The position numbers were made by a program, and so were the translations under genes. This document shows positions 37,301 through 51,751 of a stretch of DNA of 64,000 nt, one piece after another. Location: the NCBI GenBank assembly GCA_964016885.1, contig OZ024741.1, positions 325,252,001-325,316,000 of the forward strand, read 5' to 3'. Origin of the DNA: Eledone cirrhosa (lineage: Eukaryota). The notes under the pieces are model-generated. The model worked only from the letters and a program-made list of their open reading frames with translations. It ran no database searches and was not told the DNA's origin. Each line of letters opens with the position of its first letter. The first letter of the stretch is position 1.

Positions 37301-40300
37301 GTTGCAGTTGTTGGTCACGTTGCTGGTGTTGATGGTGGTGGGATGGTATGGTTGCTGTTGTTGGTCACGCTGATGATGTTGATGGTGGTGTGATGGTATG
37401 GTTGCTGTTGTTGGTCACGTTGATGGTGTTGATGGTGGTGGGATGGTATGGTTGCTGTTGTTGGTCACGTTGATGGTGTTGATGGTGGTGGGATGGTATG
37501 GTTGCTGTTGTTGGTCACGTTGATGGTGTTGATGGTGGTGGGATGGTATGGTTGCTGTTGTTGGTCACGTTGATGGTGTTGATGGTGGTGGGATGGTATG
37601 GTTGCTGTTGTTGGTCACGCTGATGGTGTTGATGGTGGTGGGATGGTATGGTTGCTGTTGTTGGTCACGTTGATGGTGTTGATGGTGGTGGGATGGTATG
37701 GTTGCTGTTGTTGGTCACGTTGATGGTGTTGATGGTGGTGTGATGGTATGGTTGCTGTTGTTGGTCACGTTGATGGTGTTGATGGTGGTGTGATGGTATG
37801 ATGGTGTGGTGGTGTGATGGTGTGGTGGTGTGATGGTGTGGTGGTGTGATGGTGTGGTGGTGTGATGGTGTGGTGGTGTGGTTGCTGTTGTTGGTCACGT
37901 TGATGGTGTTGATGGTGGTGTGATGGTATGGTTGCTGTTGTTGGTCACGTTGATGGTGTTGATGGTGGTGTGATGGTATGGTTGCCGTTGTTGGACAGGT
38001 TGATGGTGTTGATGGTGGTGGGATGGTATGGTTGCTGTTGTTGGTCAGGTTGATGGTGTTGATGGTGGTGTGGTGGTGTGGTTGCTGTTGTTGGTCACGT
38101 TGATGGTGTTGATGGTGGTGTGATGGTGTGGTTGCTGTTGTTGGTCACGTTGATGGTGTTGATGGTGGTGTGATGGTATGGTTGCTGTTGTTGGTCACGT
38201 TGATGGTGTTGATGGTGGTGGGATGGTATGGTTGCTGTTGTTGGTCACGTTGATGGTGTTGATGGTGGTGTGATGGTATGGTTGCTGTTGTTGGTCACGT
38301 TGATGGTGTTGATGGTGGTGTGATGGTATGGTTGCTGTTGTTGGTCACGTTGATGGTGTTGATGGTGGTGTGATGGTATGGTTGCTGTTGTTGGTCACGT
38401 TGATGGTGTTGATGGTGGTGTGATGGTATGGTTGCTGTTGTTGGTCACGTTGATGGTGTTGATGGTGGTGTGATGGTATGGTTGCTGTTGTTGGTCACGT
38501 TGATGGTGTTGATGGTGGTGGGATGGTATGGTTGTGGTGGTGTGGTTGCTGTTGTTGGTCACGTTGATGGTGTTGATGGTAGTGTGATCGTATGGTTGCT
38601 GTTGTTGGTCACGTTGATGGTGTTGATAGTGGTGGGATGGTATGGTTGTGGTGGTGTGGTTGCTGTTGTTGGTCACGTTGATGGTGTTGATGGTGGTGGG
38701 ATGGTATGGTTGCTGTTGTTGGTCACGTTGATGGTGTTGATGGTGGTGTGATGGTATGGTTGCTGTTGTTGGTCACGTTGATGGTGTTGATGGTGGTGGG
38801 ATGGTATGGTTGCTGTTGTTGGTCACGTTGATGGTGTTGATGGTGGTGTGATGGTATGGTTGCTGTTGTTGGTCACTTGATGGTGTTGATGGTGGTGGGA
38901 TGGTATGGTTGCTGTTGTTGGTCACGTTGATGGTGTTGAGGGTGGTGTGATGGTATGGTTGCTGTTGTTGGTCACGTTGATGGTGTTGATGGTGGTGGGA
39001 TGGTATGGTTGTGGTGGTGTGGTTGCTGTTGTTGGTCACATTGATGGTGTTGATGGTGGTGGGATGGTATGGTTGCTGTTGTTGGTCACGTTGATGGTGT
39101 TGATGGTGGTGTGATGGTGTGGTTGCTGTTGTTGGTCACGTTGATGGTGTTGATGGTGGTGTGATGGTATGGTTGCTGTTGTTGGTCACGTTGATGGTGT
39201 TGATGGTGGTGTGATGGTATGGTTGCTGTTGTTGGTCACGTTGATGGTGTTGATGGTGGTGGGATGGTATGGTTGCTGTTGTTGGTCACGTTGATGGTGT
39301 TGATGGTGGTGTGATGGTATGGTTGCTGTTGTTGGTCACGTTGATGGTGTTGATGGTGGTGTGATGGTATGGTTGCTGTTGTTGGTCACGTTGATGGTGT
39401 TGATGGTGGTGTGATGGTATGGTTGCTGTTGTTGGTCACGTTGATGGTGTTTATGGTGGTGGGATGGTATGGTTGCTGTTGTTGGTCACGGTGATGGTGT
39501 TGATGGTGGTGTGATGGTATGGTTGCTGTTGTTGGTCACGTTGATGGTGTTGATGGTGGTGGGATGGTATGGTTGTGGTGGTGTGGTTGCTGTTGTTGGT
39601 CACGTTGATGGTGTTGATGGTGGTGTGATGGTATGGTTGCTGTTGTTGGTCACGTTGATGGTGGTGTGATGGTATGGTTGCTGTTGTTGGTCACGGTGAT
39701 GGTGGTGATGGTGGTGTGATGGTATGGTTGCTGTTGTTGGTCACGTTGATGGTGTTGATGGTGGTGGGATGGTATGGTTGTGGTGGTGCGGTTGCTGTTG
39801 TTGGTCTCGTTGATGGTGTTGATGGTGGTGGGATGGTATGGTTGCTGTTGTTGGTCACGTTGATGGTGTTCATGGTGGTGTGATGGTATGGTTGCTGTTG
39901 TTGGTCACGTTGATGGTGTTGATGGTGGTGTGATGGTATGGTTGCTGTTGTTGGTCACGTTGATGGTATTGATGGTGGTGTGATGGTATGGTTGCTGTTG
40001 TTGGTCACGTTGATGGTGTTGATGGTGGTGTGATGGTATGGTTGCTGTTGTTGGTCACGTTGCTGGTGTTGATGGTGGTGGGATGGTATGGTTGCTGTTG
40101 TTGGTCACGCTGATGATGTTGATGGTGGTGTGATGGTATGGTTGCTGTTGTTGGTCACGTTGATGGTGTTGATGGTGGTGGGATGGTATGGTTGCTGTTG
40201 TTGGTCACGTTGATGGTGTTGATGGTGGTGGGATGGTATGGTTGCTGTTGTTGGTCACGTTGATGGTGTTGATGGTGGTGGGATGGTATGGTTGCTGTTG

Positions 40301-41560
40301 TTGGTCACGTTGATGGTGTTGATGGTGGTGGGATGGTATGGTTGCTGTTGTTGGTCACGTTGATGGTGTTGATGGTGGTGTGATGGTATGGTTGCTGTTG
40401 TTGGTCACGTTGACGGTGTTGATGGTGGTGTGATGGTATGATGGTGTGGTGGTGTGATGGTGTGGTGGTGTGATGGTGTGGTGGTGTGATGGTGTGGTGG
40501 TGTGATGGTATGGTTGCTGTTGTTGGTCACGTTGATGGTGTTGATGGTGGTGGGATGGTATGGTTGTGGTGGTGGGATGGTATGGTTGCTGTTGTTGGTC
40601 ACGTTGATGGTGTTGATGGTGGTGTGATGGTATGGTTGCTGTTGTTGGTCACGTTGATGGTGTTGATGGTGGTGTGATGGTATCGTTGCTGTTGTTGGTT
40701 ACGTTGATGGTGTTGATGGTGGTGTGATGGTATGGTTGCTGTTGTTGGTCACGTTGATGGTGTTGATGGTGGTGTGATGGTATGGTTGCTGTTGTTGGTC
40801 ACGTTGCTGGTGTTGATGGTGGTGTGATGGTGTGGTTGCTGTTGTTAGTCACGTTGATGGTGTTGATGGTGGTGTGATGGTATGATGGTGTGGTGGTGTG
40901 TTGGTATGGTGGTGTGATGGTGTGGTGGTGAGGTTGCTGTTGTTGGTGACGGTGATGGTGTTGATGGTGGTGTGATGGTATGCTGGTGTGGTGGTGTGAT
41001 TGTGTGGTGGTGTGATGGTGTGGTGGTGAGGTTGCTCTTGTTGGTGACGGTGATGGTGTTGATGGTGGTGTGGTGGTGTGGTGGTGTGGTGGTGTGATGG
41101 TGTAGTGGTGTGGTGGTGTGATGGTGTGGTTGCTGTTGTTGGTCACGGTGATGGTGTTGCTGGTGGTATGATGGTGTAGTGGTGTGATGGTGTGGTGGTG
41201 TGATGGTGTGGTGGTGGTGTGATGGTGTGATAGTGTAGTGGTGTAGTGGTGTGATGGTGTAGTGGTGTGATGGTGTGGTGGTGTGGTTGCTGTTGTTGGT
41301 CACGTTGATGGTGTTGATGGTGGTGTGATGGTGTGATGGTTTAGTGGTGTAGTGGTGTGATAGTGTAGTGGTGTAGTGGTGTGATGGTGTGGTGGTGTGG
41401 TGGTGTAGTGGTGTGGTGGTGTGGTTGCTGCTGTTGGTCACGGTGATGGTGTTGATGGTATTGATGGTGTTGTGATGGTGTAGTGGTGTGGTGGTCTGCT
41501 AGTGTGATTTAATGGTTGCTGTTGTTGGTCACGTTGATGGTGTTGATGGTGGTGTGGTGG
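31310..41560. repeat. ~10-kb 50-bp G/T-rich minisatellite (roughly 200 units) with higher-order variant blocks
   Basis: 50-bp period clearly visible; recurrent variants gtctcgttg and gtgttcatgg. Confidence 0.97.
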
Positions 41561-42234
41561 TATGGTTGTGGTGGTCGTATTTATTGTTGTTGGGGCGTTC
41601 ATTGTGGTGATGGTGTGATTGGTGGTGTGGTGGTGTTGTAGTTGTCTTTGCTGTTATTAGTGGCGTTGATGGCGTTGACTTTAGTGTGGTGGCGTTGATA
41701 TTAGTGTGGTGGTGTGGTGGTGCTTTTGATGGTCTGGTGGTGTGGTAGTTGCTGTTGTTGGTGACGTTGATGGTATTGATAGTTGTGTGGTGGTGTGGTG
41801 GCGTGGTGGTCGTGGTTGCTGTTGGTGGTGGCGTTGATGGTGTTGATGGTGGTGTGGTGGTGTGGTGTTTCTCGTTGCTGTTGTTATTGGTGGTGATGGT
41901 GTTGATGGTGTGTATGGTGGTGTGGTGGTCGTCGTTGCTGTTGTTGGTGGAGTTGGTGTTGATGGTGTGTATGGTGGTGTGGTGGTGTGGTGTTTCTCGT
42001 TGTTGTTGTTGGTGGCGTTGGTGGCGTTGATGGTGTGTATGGTGGTGTGGTGGTGTGGTGGTGTAGTGGCGTGGTGTTTCTCCTTGCTGTTGTTGGTGAC
42101 GTTGGTGTGTATGGTGTGTATGGTGGTGTGGTGGTGTGGTGGTGTGGTGGAGTGGTGGTGTGGTGGTCGTCGTTGCTGTTGTTGGTGGTGTTGGTGTTGA
42201 TGGTGTGTATGGTGGTGGTGGTGGAGGTGGTGGT

Positions 42235-43815
42235 GCTTGTAGCTATAGTAGTGGTGGTGGTGGTGGTGTTTGTAACAATAGTAGTGGTGGTGGTGGTGTG
42301 TGTAACTATAGTAGTGGTGGTGGTGGTGTTTGTAACTATAGTAGTGGTGGTGGTGGTGGTGTTTGTAACAATAGTAGAGGTGATGGTGGTGTTTGTAACT
42401 ATAGTAGTGGTGGTGGTGGTGTGTGTAACTATAGTAGTGGTGGTGGTGGTGTTTGTAACTATAGTAGTAGTGGTGGTGGTGGTGTTTGTAACAATAGTAG
42501 TGGTGGTGGTGGTGGTGTTTGTAACAATAGTAGTGGTGGTGGTGGTGGTGTTTGTAACAATAGTAGTGGTGGTGGTGGTGGTGTTTGTAACAATAGTAGT
42601 GGTGGTGGTGGTGGTGTTTGTAACTATAGTAGTGGTGGTGGTGGTGTTTGTAACTATAGTAGTGGTGGTGGTGGTGGTGTTTGTAGCTATAGTAGTGGTG
42701 GTGGTAGTGTTTGTAGCTATAGTAGTGGTGGTGGTAGTGTGTGTAACTATAGTAGTAGTGGTGGTGGTGTTTGTAGCTATAGTAGTGGTGGTGGTGGTGT
42801 TTGTAACAATAGTAGTGGTGGTGGTGGTGGTGGTGTTTGTAACTATAGTAGTAGTGGTGGTGGTGGTGTTTGTAACAATAGTAGTGGTGGTGGTGGTGGT
42901 GTTTGTAACAATAGTAGTGGTCGTGGTGGTGGTGTTTGTAACAATAGTAGTGGTGGTGGTGGTGGTGTTTGTAACTATAGTGAGTGGTGGTGGTGGTGGT
43001 GTTTGTAACTATAGTAGTAGTGGTGGTGGTGGTGTTTGTAACAATAGTCGTGGTGGTGGTGGTGGTGTTTGTAACAATAGTAGTGGTGGTGGTGGTGGTG
43101 TTTGTAACAATAGTAGTGGTGGTGGTGGTGGTGTTTGTAACTATAGTAGTGGTGGTGGTGGTGGTGTTTGTAACTATAGTAGTGGTGGTGGTGTTTGTAA
43201 CAATAGTAATGGTGGTGGTGGTGTGTGTAACTATAGTAGTGGTGGTGGTGGTGTTTGTAACTATAGTAGTGGTGGTGGTGGTGGTGTTTGTAACTATAAT
43301 AGTGGTGGTGGTGGTGTGTGTAACAATAGTAGTGGTGGTGGTGATGTTTGTAGCTATAGTAGTGGTGGTGGTGGTGGTGTTTGTAACTATAGTAGTTGTG
43401 GTGGTGGTGGTGTTTGTAACAATAGTAGTGGTGGTGGTGGTGGTGTTTGTAACTATAGTAGTGGTGGTGGTGGTGTTTGTAACAATAGTAGTGGTGGTGG
43501 TGGTGTTTGTAACTATAATAGTGGTGGTGGTGGTGTGTGTAACTATAGTGGTGGTGGTGGTGGTGTTTGTAACAATAGTAGTGGTGGTGGTGGTGTTTGT
43601 AACAATAGTAGTGGTGGTGGTGGTGGTGTTTGTAACAATAGTAGTGGTGGTGGTGGTGTGTGTAACTATAGTAGTGGTGGTGGTGTTTGTAACAATAGTA
43701 GTGGTGGTGGTGGTGTTTGTAACAATAGTAGTGGTGGTGGTGTCTGTAACTATAGTAGTGGTGGTGGTGGTGTTTGTAACAATAGTAGTGGTGGTGGTGG
43801 TGTTTGTAACAATAC
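42235..43815. repeat. 27-36-bp minisatellite (GGT)n-GTTTGTAACWATAGTAGT
   Basis: About 50 units with variable GGT number. Confidence 0.95.
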
Positions 43816-44389
43816 TGGAGGTAGTGGTAGTTAGTATTGGTGGTAGTATTAGTAGTGTTGGTTATGTTGTTGCTACTATTAGCAAATTTGTTGGTGATGG
43901 TGGTGGTAGTGTTGATGCTTGTAACAACAATAGTGGTGGTAGTGTTGGTGATGTTGTTTCTGCTAGTGTTGTCGCTCGTAGAAAATTTGGACATTGATTC
44001 TATTTCCATTAAACCAGTTTTCTGGTTACATCTCGGAATGATATAAGTTAAGAAATAAATTAACTATAAATAGATGACAAATACGGTCAAATATCCGGTA
44101 AGAGTCCCCAAACAAAAATCATATATCCTTGTTACAAACAGCATGGAAGCCGGTTGAGTTAACACAAACGCTGCTAAATTACCGAACCAAACGTTTTTTT
44201 ATGGCAATTATTTACTTGTGATTCTTTTGATGCTTTCAGGTCAAATGTCAACAAAAGATTGACTTTGATTTCCAGCGCTCAACATAAAATTGATCTAAAA
44301 CTAAAAGAAGTTCGCTTCATAACGCCGTGACGAACTTCTTAAATTTGTAGATCAATATTTCAGGTTTAAATCCTTTCATCAAGAAAACG

Positions 44390-44548
44390 AGGCGGTGAAT
44401 TGGCAGAGTCTTTGGAACGTCGGATAGAATACTTTGCAGGATTCGTTCAGGCTCTTTGCGTTCTGAGATTAAATCCCTCCAAGGTCAACCTTGCTTCACA
44501 CCCTTTCGAGGCTGATAAAAAATTACCAATCAAGTACGGGAGTCGATT
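44390..44548 (+). mobile_element. tRNA-derived SINE, diverged full-length copy
   Basis: ggcggtgaattggcagagtc (A-box) ... gttctgagattaaatccc (B-box) ... aggtcaaccttgc..ccctttcgagg. Confidence 0.75.
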
Positions 44549-45221
44549 CTTCCTTTATATTTCTTTTACATGCCATTTCTCTTACAATCTGTCTCTCTTT
44601 TTCTTTCTCCTTCTCCGGAAGAAATCGGCTGTGCTCATCAGACCTGGAGAGAGATGGGTTCCACCAGGTTTAAAATACTCGAGTTGTATGCCACTACGGT
44701 GCTCATACAACTCGACTAGGTGTTACAGGTGGGTCCATACATCAAGAAAACAGAAGACGAAGTAGCTCCGTTTTCACAGGTTAATATAACTAATAGGTTA
44801 TTTTCCAAACACTAAACTCAATGGAGGATTAAGAGGGGGCTGTCTTAACTGTAGAATGGGTCCCCGCAATATTTAATGGGCCCTAAATTATGCTTTTTGC
44901 TATCATAATTAATAAGTTAATATGCAAAAGCGTCGCTGACATTTTCAGCTAATGGCTATATGAAACCTTAGTCCGCTCTAGCTAATATTAGTGAAGTTGA
45001 GTGATAAGTGTACTGGACTCACAGGAATACGTAGAGTCAAGTGTTCTTGAACCGGGTCGTGCGTTGAGCTTTTTAGAAAAACGCCTCATTTCAAGTTGCT
45101 TTTCATGATAAGACAGGTGGTCTTCTAATCCTACACGGGTTTGAACTGCAAATTTCATTTTTTATTTCAAACGCTAACACTGTAGAAAATGGGCTGAGGC
45201 ACGTGCTGTCGTCCTTTGTCA

Positions 45222-45382
45222 TCTGGGGTTGACTACCAGCAACATAGTTGGATAACATCCATGAGCTTGGCTGGTCTCCCTTAGGGATGCAGCCGGATCA
45301 ATTAGAGACGGTTGCTTCTGACAAGACCCACTGGAAGGAGTGTTTGAGGACTCTTCCCACATGACCCTCTCAGGAATAAGTG
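45222..45382 (+). mobile_element. 3'-terminal fragment of an RTE-like LINE
   Basis: Translates LDNIHELGWSPLGMQPDQLETVASDKTHWKECLRTLPT*PSQE*, resembling RTE C-termini. Confidence 0.5.
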
Positions 45383-45467
45383 GGCGAAGAAGGAGAAGAC
45401 TTTGATAGAATCCGTGACATCTCTCTGGAAGACTTTAATCGACGAAGCATTTGTGTAAATGTATTCT

Positions 45468-45741
45468 TTAACCCTATCGTGTCATACTTTAAATGAAAAA
45501 CACTACCTATGATTTTCAAATAATTTTGAAAACAATCAAGAATTTGGAAGGATGTAATAATATAACTAATTTGTTTATTATTAATTTGGTGTTTAGAACA
45601 TACGTACCTTAAACAAGATACTTATATAAAATCTGATGGACGGTTTTTAGATAAATATATACATTTTTAAATAAACACTTTTGTACTTTTGTACCATAGA
45701 ACCAGGGGCGATTCCAGGCTGTTTGGTATCAAAGGGGTTAA
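45468..45741. mobile_element. piggyBac-like MITE
   Basis: TTAA at both ends with CCCT.../...GGGG termini (ttaaccctatcgtgtcatac ... gtttggtatcaaaggggttaa); AT-rich interior. Confidence 0.6.
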
Positions 45742-45947
45742 TGAGTATTTGCGGGTTGCGCATGGTGTTGCCGTTGTAAGAGAAAATTCATTCATCAGAA
45801 ACTGACGCAGGCACCGTGCTCGAAGTTTTCATCATGGTGGTCATCATTTCTGGAGTTTATTCATATTCCATTTTGGCTTAATCACGTTGAGGAGGTTACC
45901 ATTTTGTAAAGAGTAAACACTTTTGTATTAAAATAAAAAAATGAAAG

Positions 45948-46062
45948 TGCATGCCCTAGTGGTTATGGATTGTGGACTCCCAATCAAAACGTTGTGAGAT
46001 CGATTCCTAGATTTGGTGGTGCGTTATGTTCTTGAGCAAGACACTTAATTTCAACGTTGCTT
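45948..46062 (+). mobile_element. tRNA-headed CORE-like SINE fragment
   Basis: ctagtggtta (A-box), gagatcgattcc (B-box), ttcttgagcaagacacttaa (CORE-like). Confidence 0.65.
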
Positions 46063-46428
46063 TTCATGATATTGGGACGAATTCACGTAATTTTGCATGT
46101 CACAATGTAGCTTTCTTATACATATATACATATATACATATATACGAGACAAACCACAACAGAAACACGAACCATCCATCTCAATTTTACTTTTGAAAAG
46201 CATAAGAAATATGAAACCGGTAAAGTAAAATATTTCAGTTGTATTTTCAATTTCTTTTATACTTTCACCCGTGTAGGACATCTGTTTTTTTTATTTAAAA
46301 AACCTCATTTTCTTATATATATGTATATATATTCTCTTTAACTCCCTACACTGTAAATCGACGACATGAAGTCTACGAATCAAAACTGATCGAGGAATCC
46401 TTCCACCTCTACCCCTCCCTCCATCTCA

Positions 46429-46532
46429 GTTTGTCACTCCACTTCCTAATTCTTCTACCCCTTCCTCTCTCTCTATATACTACTCCGTTTGTCAATCCAC
46501 TTTCTAATTCCTCTTCCTCTCTCTATATACTA
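46429..46532. repeat. Imperfect ~59-bp tandem duplication
   Basis: gtttgtca.tccact..ctaattc..cttcctctctctatatacta occurs twice. Confidence 0.75.
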
Positions 46533-46875
46533 GTAAATACAATTTAAAAAAAATGTTTTTCTATATATTAAGAACTTGTTAAGAGTAACTTACTCACTAT
46601 TTTGAAAATTTGGACGTGAACAACAATTATTATTGAGTGGCTGTTATTTGCAGTATAACAATATAAGGTTGCACTTACCAATGAAACGGTCGTAAATACC
46701 TGGATAAAATCCTTTTTTTAATGCTTACCTGTGTTTTCTCTTTTATCATTTATACTCCAAGATTGAACGGGCTCTTACAAACTTGTGGAGTTACCCCTAA
46801 CCGTACGCTGAAACCGTCCATGAAACTGGGTTTCTTAACCACGAACTGTATTACAATAAGCAATTTTCTGCTTCT

Positions 46876-46947
<72 letters not shown>

Positions 46948-47323
46948 TTGAAAAGGGTGGTTCTATACAAAACAGCGGTTACAGAGTGAAGGTGAAATTG
47001 AAAATAGCACTGAAAATATATTTACGGGTCTGTTTTTCTTTTTCTTTCCTTTCTTTGATTCACCAAAGAGAGGGACAATTCTTAAAAAAAAAAAAAAGAG
47101 TTTTATAATGTATATAAAATATTAATATAAGTATTACCGGTTCGATGTATTAGTAAAACTCCTCTTATCAAATGTTGAGTATTACAATTAAAAAGATTTA
47201 ATAAGGATTTAAAAACTAAAAATTAAAGATTTAAAATTAAGTGTTGAGGTAAGTTTTTTTTATCTTTCTTATTGAGAAGGAGACTGGAGAAATGAACTCT
47301 TGTGTATAGAGAGAGGGGTGGTA

Positions 47324-47357
<34 letters not shown>

Positions 47358-47729
47358 TTACACACAAACACTCATCACAAACCCCCATAAATGTATCAAC
47401 AGACGCAACACATACATTACATTTCACACAAAGCAATATGCAAAATGTTTTGTTTGTTATAACAAAGTTAACTAAATGTTTTTTTTTGTAATACACGTGT
47501 TTTTAGAATGAAATTATTGTTACATGTACATGAAACACTAAGTAAAGTATATTTGCAAAGATGAATTAAAATTGCATTACAAATGCAAACATATATTGGC
47601 TTTAATCTGCCTCAGTGAGTGTGTGTCTGTGAAACATACATATACACCAAGTCCGAACACAAAGGAACCAAACTCCCACCATCATTGCCTCCATCTCTCC
47701 CACTCAACCCATTTTTCACTATTTTGAAC

Positions 47730-47950
47730 AAATGAGGACCCGCGCACTGGCCTCCCCGCAGCCCCGGCGGACAGAATAGAGAAGGCATTTCCCCGGAGGA
47801 TGGTAAGGGAGGCGCACTGGAGCAGCTATTCTAGCTCGCGAGGCTCACACCTGCGGGTAGCCAACTTTGTGTCGATGGTGGTGAGTGAGTAGGGAGGTGG
47901 CCCTTGGGTTAAGGACACCAGAAGTCTCCACTGCTAGAATAATGTTGAAC
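47730..47950 (-). pseudogene. C-terminal REL remnant of a CRE-like non-LTR retrotransposon
   Basis: With one 4-bp duplication removed it reads LAVETSGVLNPRATSLLTTIDTKLATRRCEPRELE*LLQCASLTILRGNAFSILS (AVET.G ... RGNA motif); GC-rich island. Confidence 0.6.
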
Positions 47951-47957
47951 AAGAAGA

Positions 47958-48108
47958 GATGATGATGATGATGATGAAAAAGGCGATGTGATAATGATGG
48001 TAGTGGTAGTGGTGGTGATGCTGACGATGACGATGACGACGATGATGATGATGACGAGGACGATGATGATGATGATGATGATGATGCAGGTGGTGGTGGT
48101 GGTAATGT

Positions 48109-48139
<31 letters not shown>

Positions 48140-48144
48140 GATGA

Positions 48145-48176
<32 letters not shown>

Positions 48177-48432
48177 ATGATCATGTTGTTGTTGATGATG
48201 ATGATGATGGTGATGATGGTGATGATGGTGATGATGGTGATGATGGTGGTGGTGGTGGTGATCATGTTGTTGTTGATGATGATGATGATGGTGATGATGG
48301 TGATGATGGTGATGATGGTGATGATGGTGGTGGTGGTGGTCATGTTGTTGTTGATGATGATGATGATGGTGATGATGGTGATGATGGTGATGATGGTGAT
48401 GATGGTGGTGGTGGTGGTCATGTTGTTGATGA

Positions 48433-48466
<34 letters not shown>

Positions 48467-48687
48467 GGTGATCATGTTGTTGTTGATGATGATGATGATG
48501 ATGACGGTGATGGTGATGATGATGATGATGATGATGATGGTGGTGATGGTGATGATGGTGATGATGATGGTGGTGGTGGTGATCATGTTGTTGTTGATGA
48601 TGATGATGATGATGATGGTGATGATGGTGATGATGGTGATGATGGTGATGATGGTGATGATGGTGGTGGTGGTGGTGGTCATGTTGT

Positions 48688-48722
<35 letters not shown>

Positions 48723-48748
48723 GTGGTGATGGTGACGATGGTGGTGAT
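47958..48748. repeat. (GAT)n/(GGT)n/(GTT)n compound trinucleotide array
   Basis: Visible. Confidence 0.95.
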
Positions 48749-48849
48749 AATTTCGTTGCTAATAATAAGAACAACATAACAAAGTCAACACTGCAAATTT
48801 TCAGTTAATTTTTAACGGAGAACAAACTTAATATCTTTTGTGATTCTGT

Positions 48850-50025
<1,176 letters not shown>

Positions 50026-50323
50026 AAAAACACTATATCATGGTTATATTTCCATTGAGAAAAATTTCATATAATAAAAAATCCGATTTTGCAGATTAAA
50101 ACCTGACAGCGCATGCGTATTAAAAAAATCAAAATGTGATGTAAGTTTGTTCTGCTCTTGTGATGCCGTTTTATTGCTAAACTCTCTCTATTTTCTGCTT
50201 TCCTTTCGATGTTTGATTTTTATTTAATAAATATATTGAAAGTTCTGAACTTAGTCACAAGGTAACACGTTTTGTAGGAGAATGCCGTCTGTTAGATCGC
50301 TCCCTGTAGACCATTCTGATTCT

Positions 50324-50424
50324 GATGGGATTTGAAATTCAGAACTTAAAGGGGCGTAACTAAATAGTTGCAAAGGGTTTTTCTCCGATGCTTACATCTA
50401 ATTCAGCGAAATTCACCGCCTTCA
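50324..50424 (-). mobile_element. SINE head fragment
   Basis: ggatttgaaattcagaac ... ttcaccgccttc, the reverse complement of the 44390 SINE head. Confidence 0.6.
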
Positions 50425-50636
50425 AAATATGCCATAGCTTAGGTCTGTAACTTCTAATGGACTCACAGGGTCATTTAAATATGATAGAGCCCACTAATTT
50501 TGAACATAGTTGATGCTTATCTTTTCCGTTTATACGAATTGCTATTATATTATTTCCTGTAGTAAAAATATACACCTAAAGTTACCAATTCAATTCCCTT
50601 TCAAAATTCCATCACCGTCTTTTAATCACGTGATGT

Positions 50637-50725
<89 letters not shown>

Positions 50726-51129
50726 GAGGGAGAGATGGAGAGAGATATGAGAAAGATATATAAAGGAAAGAATCGATATAGGCAACAATTATGAGATTTA
50801 TTGCCTGTTTTTTTAAGGGCTGTACATGCATATGTATGTATGGTAAAATCTTTTGCCCCAAATACCTCGCAGTAGGATGAAAATCGTGCCCTCATGATTG
50901 CGATGTGAGCTTCTTAACCACTCGGCCATGCTTCAGTTGGAGTGAATTGTAAAATGTGTGTGAATGTGCAAGTGGATGTTAATAGATAGATAATATATTG
51001 ATGTGACGGCAGTGTATTCCAACTGCAGTATCCCGCCGCGTGGCGATTCGGAACCTCGCGGTAGGGCTGGGATACGGGCTGTACTCTATGAAGCTAACAT
51101 CCATCGCATGTCCACGTAGATCGCTTATA

Positions 51130-51292
51130 GATTCAATTGGCAAAACACTTGACTGGTGCTTTAATTCTATCGACTTCGGTAAGATGGAAGTCAAAGTTGA
51201 CGACGGCAGGATTTGAAATCAGAATTTAAAAATTCGGAACGAATAACACAATGCATTCATTCGATGTTTTCGGCTTTCTGCCAGTCCACGAC
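51130..51292 (-). mobile_element. tRNA-derived SINE, diverged
   Basis: gactggtgctttaattctatcgac..aagatggaagtcaaagttgacgacggcaggatttgaaatcagaa..ttctgccag. Confidence 0.7.
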
Positions 51293-51384
51293 CGTGTGAT
51301 ATTGCAGCAGTAATATACAGGGCTTACCAGATAAGAAAATAGGCATTTACTATAATCAAATAAATCATTGCCGGTTGGTTTAAA

Positions 51385-51480
51385 CCCCACACCGAGTTCA
51401 AATCTAGCATCTCTTTCATCAATCTAAAGTCAATAAAATAATTACCAGTCAAATATTGGGGTGCATGTTATTAACTATCC
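51385..51480 (+). mobile_element. SINE fragment
   Basis: gagttcaaatc..ctttcatc..gtcaataaaataattaccagtcaaatattgggg. Confidence 0.55.
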
Positions 51481-51751
51481 AGTGACCCATGAAATAATTT
51501 GCGACCCTCAGTGTTTGTTCCATTCAGCGCTTTTCGACACACAGCAAGGATGTTTCTGATTTAGTTACTTGTAGGCCTGCCTGTCCATGTTGGACAATTG
51601 CAGCATGAGCAACATCTTTTGTGCTCAGGTGATTAACCTTACACACCAGTACATAGGCAGAATGTGAAATCAAATTACAAAGACTCGTAATAAACATTTC
51701 AAGGTGTCTCATCCGACGTTTTGACAATGCATGGCTCAATAACAACCTATT

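Noticed and set aside
31310-41560. CRISPR-like or telomeric appearance of the regular repeat
   Set aside because: Contiguous units with no unique spacers, no cas genes and no TTAGGG; it is a minisatellite.
41987-44009. Long ORFs (615, 344, 337 aa) resembling Gly/Cys-rich or His/Tyr-rich structural proteins
   Set aside because: Several frames on both strands are open simply because unit lengths are multiples of 3; there is no signal peptide, no synonymous-site variation, and a frame switch occurs mid-array.
45948-46020. tRNA gene
   Set aside because: A/B boxes are present but there is no cloverleaf, and it continues into a CORE-like SINE body; the same applies to the other SINE heads.
46720-46860. 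Minus-strand exon ending CAG|GTAAGC
   Set aside because: All three frames have stops between plausible acceptors and the donor.
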